From assembly GCA_044359815.1 (NCBI GenBank), contig JBIKLL010000012.1, forward strand, positions 1 through 50,401: a DNA stretch of 50,401 bases, in the 5' to 3' direction. Below are positions 48,603 to 50,401 of this stretch, piece after piece. Each line of letters opens with the position of its first letter. The stretch's first letter is position 1. The notes under the pieces are model-generated. The model saw only the letters and a program-made list of their open reading frames with translations, searched no databases and was not told the DNA's origin. A program made the translations under genes and the position numbers. The DNA comes from Pseudobdellovibrionaceae bacterium. Lineage in GTDB: Bacteria; Bdellovibrionota; Bdellovibrionia; Bdellovibrionales; Bdellovibrionaceae.

Positions 48603-50279
48603 ATGTCTCAGGATATTATCTACACGATGAAGGGTGTTTCAAAAGTCTATCCTCCTCAGAGGTATGTTTTAAAAGACATTTATTTGTCCTATTTTTACGG
48701 AGCAAAGATTGGAGTGCTGGGTTTGAATGGATCTGGAAAGTCCTCTCTGCTGCGGATTATGGCCGGTGAAGACAAGGATTTCTTGGGTGAGGCTTTTCCA
48801 GCCAGGGCTTTCAAGGTCGGTTTTCTGAAGCAAGAACCCGAATTGGATCCCACCAAAACTGTGAAGGAAAATATTTTTTCAGGCATGGGTGAGCTGCCAT
48901 TTTTATTGCAAGAATTTAATCAGATCAGCGAAAAATTTAATGATCCCAATTTAGACCCCAACGAAATGGAAAAGCTGATTGAAAAGCAGGGGCGAGTGCA
49001 AGAAAAAATCGAAGCACTGAATGGTTGGGAAGTGGATCAAACAATTAACAGAGCCATGGATGCATTAAGATGTCCGGATGGTGATCTGCCAGTGACGAAT
49101 CTGTCAGGTGGTGAAAAGCGCCGAGTGGCCCTTTGCCGGTTGTTATTATCAAACCCTGATATCTTACTGTTGGACGAGCCGACAAATCATTTAGATGCAG
49201 AGAGTGTTGCATGGCTTGAGCAATTTTTAGCAAAATTTCCCGGGACTGTTATTGCCGTCACGCATGATAGGTATTTTTTGGACAATGTAGCTGGTTGGAT
49301 TTTAGAATTAGATCGTGGTGAGGGGATTCCGTTTAAGGGTAATTACACGTCTTGGTTAGAGCAAAAAGAACGTCGATTAAAGCAAGAGCAAAGGACTGAG
49401 GAAAAGCGAGCAAAGACTTTGGAAAGAGAGCTTGAGTGGGTTCGCTCATCACCCAGAGCCAGACAGTCCAAAAGCAAAGCCCGAGTGTCTAATTACGAAA
49501 ATTTGCTGAAGGATCCAACTCCTGAAAAAATGCAAGAGCTACAGATTTACATCCCAGCTGGGCCAAGGCTGGGTGATCAGGTCATTGAAGCCAAGCATGT
49601 GCGCAAAGCTTTTGGTGGTAAATTGTTATTTGATGATTTGAATTTTGCACTTCCCAAAGGGGGAATAGTCGGTGTGATTGGCCCCAATGGTGCCGGTAAA
49701 ACCACATTGTTTAATTTAATTTCTGGCAGGGACAAGCCCGACGCTGGCGAATTTCATGTGGGTTCCACAGTTAAAATGGCCTACGTCGATCAATCCAGGG
49801 ATTCTTTGGAATCCAATAAATCTGTGTTTGAAGAAATCACTGGCGGGCGAGAGACAGTTCAATTGGGCAGTCGAGAGGTTAATTCTAGAGCCTACGTATC
49901 ATGGTTTAATTTTTCAGGGACTGATCAGCAGAAAAAGGTTGGGACCCTGTCAGGTGGTGAACGCAACCGACTACAAATGGCGAAGATCCTTAAAACCGGT
50001 GGGAATCTGCTGTTGCTGGATGAGCCAACCAACGATCTAGATGTTAATACTATGAGGGCACTAGAGGAAGCCTTGCTTGAATTTGGGGGCTGTGTGGTGG
50101 TGATCTCCCATGATCGATGGTTCCTGGACCGCATTTGCACTCACATATTGGCCTTTGAAGGTGATTCTAAGGTTGAGTTTTTTAACGGCAATTATTCAGA
50201 GTATGAAGAAGACCGTAAAGCTCGATTGGGTGACGCTGCTCTGGAGCCTAAGCGGATTAAATTCAGACCTATTCAGTAG
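48603..50279 (+). CDS. ettA: Energy-dependent translational throttle protein EttA (ABC-F)
   Basis: YGAKIGVLGLNGSGKS, LSGGEKRR, ELEWVRSSPRARQSKSKAR, second ABC domain; AGGA before ATG 48603. Confidence 0.96.
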   Translation: MSQDIIYTMKGVSKVYPPQRYVLKDIYLSYFYGAKIGVLGLNGSGKSSLLRIMAGEDKDFLGEAFPARAFKVGFLKQEPELDPTKTVKENIFSGMGELPFLLQEFNQISEKFNDPNLDPNEMEKLIEKQGRVQEKIEALNGWEVDQTINRAMDALRCPDGDLPVTNLSGGEKRRVALCRLLLSNPDILLLDEPTNHLDAESVAWLEQFLAKFPGTVIAVTHDRYFLDNVAGWILELDRGEGIPFKGNYTSWLEQKERRLKQEQRTEEKRAKTLERELEWVRSSPRARQSKSKARVSNYENLLKDPTPEKMQELQIYIPAGPRLGDQVIEAKHVRKAFGGKLLFDDLNFALPKGGIVGVIGPNGAGKTTLFNLISGRDKPDAGEFHVGSTVKMAYVDQSRDSLESNKSVFEEITGGRETVQLGSREVNSRAYVSWFNFSGTDQQKKVGTLSGGERNRLQMAKILKTGGNLLLLDEPTNDLDVNTMRALEEALLEFGGCVVVISHDRWFLDRICTHILAFEGDSKVEFFNGNYSEYEEDRKARLGDAALEPKRIKFRPIQ

Positions 50280-50401
50280 TCTGCAGTCTATTCAATAACA
50301 GACAAGAGCTCGCTATAGGCGGGCTTAATCAATCCAAATTTATCAGATGATCCCCCTCTGTCGGGGTGATGTTTTAGACACAATTGTCTGAAAGCTTTCT
50401 T

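Noticed and set aside
12093..50298. Numerous 60-145 aa antisense or alternate-frame ORFs inside long genes
   Set aside because: They are fully nested in well-supported CDSs and have no motifs, as expected by chance.

Overview
About 50 kb of AT-rich bacterial chromosome that looks like a Bdellovibrionota (predatory bacterium) genome. This is inferred from the gene content and order: lnt, mutS2, subtilase, clpA-clpS, type IV pilin, dnaJ-dnaK, acs, plus many secreted proteases and lipoproteins. Most of it is housekeeping (hslO, OmpR-type regulator, mutS2, lnt, clpAS, dnaJK, acs, purKE, dus, grx, fumC, bolA, ettA). No rRNA, tRNA, CRISPR array, transposase or integrase was seen. Three things stand out. 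(1) A family of large non-coding palindromic elements: two 54-60 bp near-perfect inverted repeats with a shared GC-rich GGA-hairpin core at 6608-7044, and a nested 556 bp palindrome at 42685-43240 with mutually exclusive 68 bp and 45 bp perfect arms. The arms have diverged between copies but remain perfectly paired within each copy. (2) A translationally coupled pair of large secreted Cys-rich paralogs (9440-13497) whose motifs resemble the BPI/LBP (TULIP) lipid-binding fold. (3) An accessory islet between the subtilase and clpA with a 57-bp palindromic tandem repeat and a lipoprotein plus beta-barrel pair. All functional calls come from motif recognition by eye; no searches were run.
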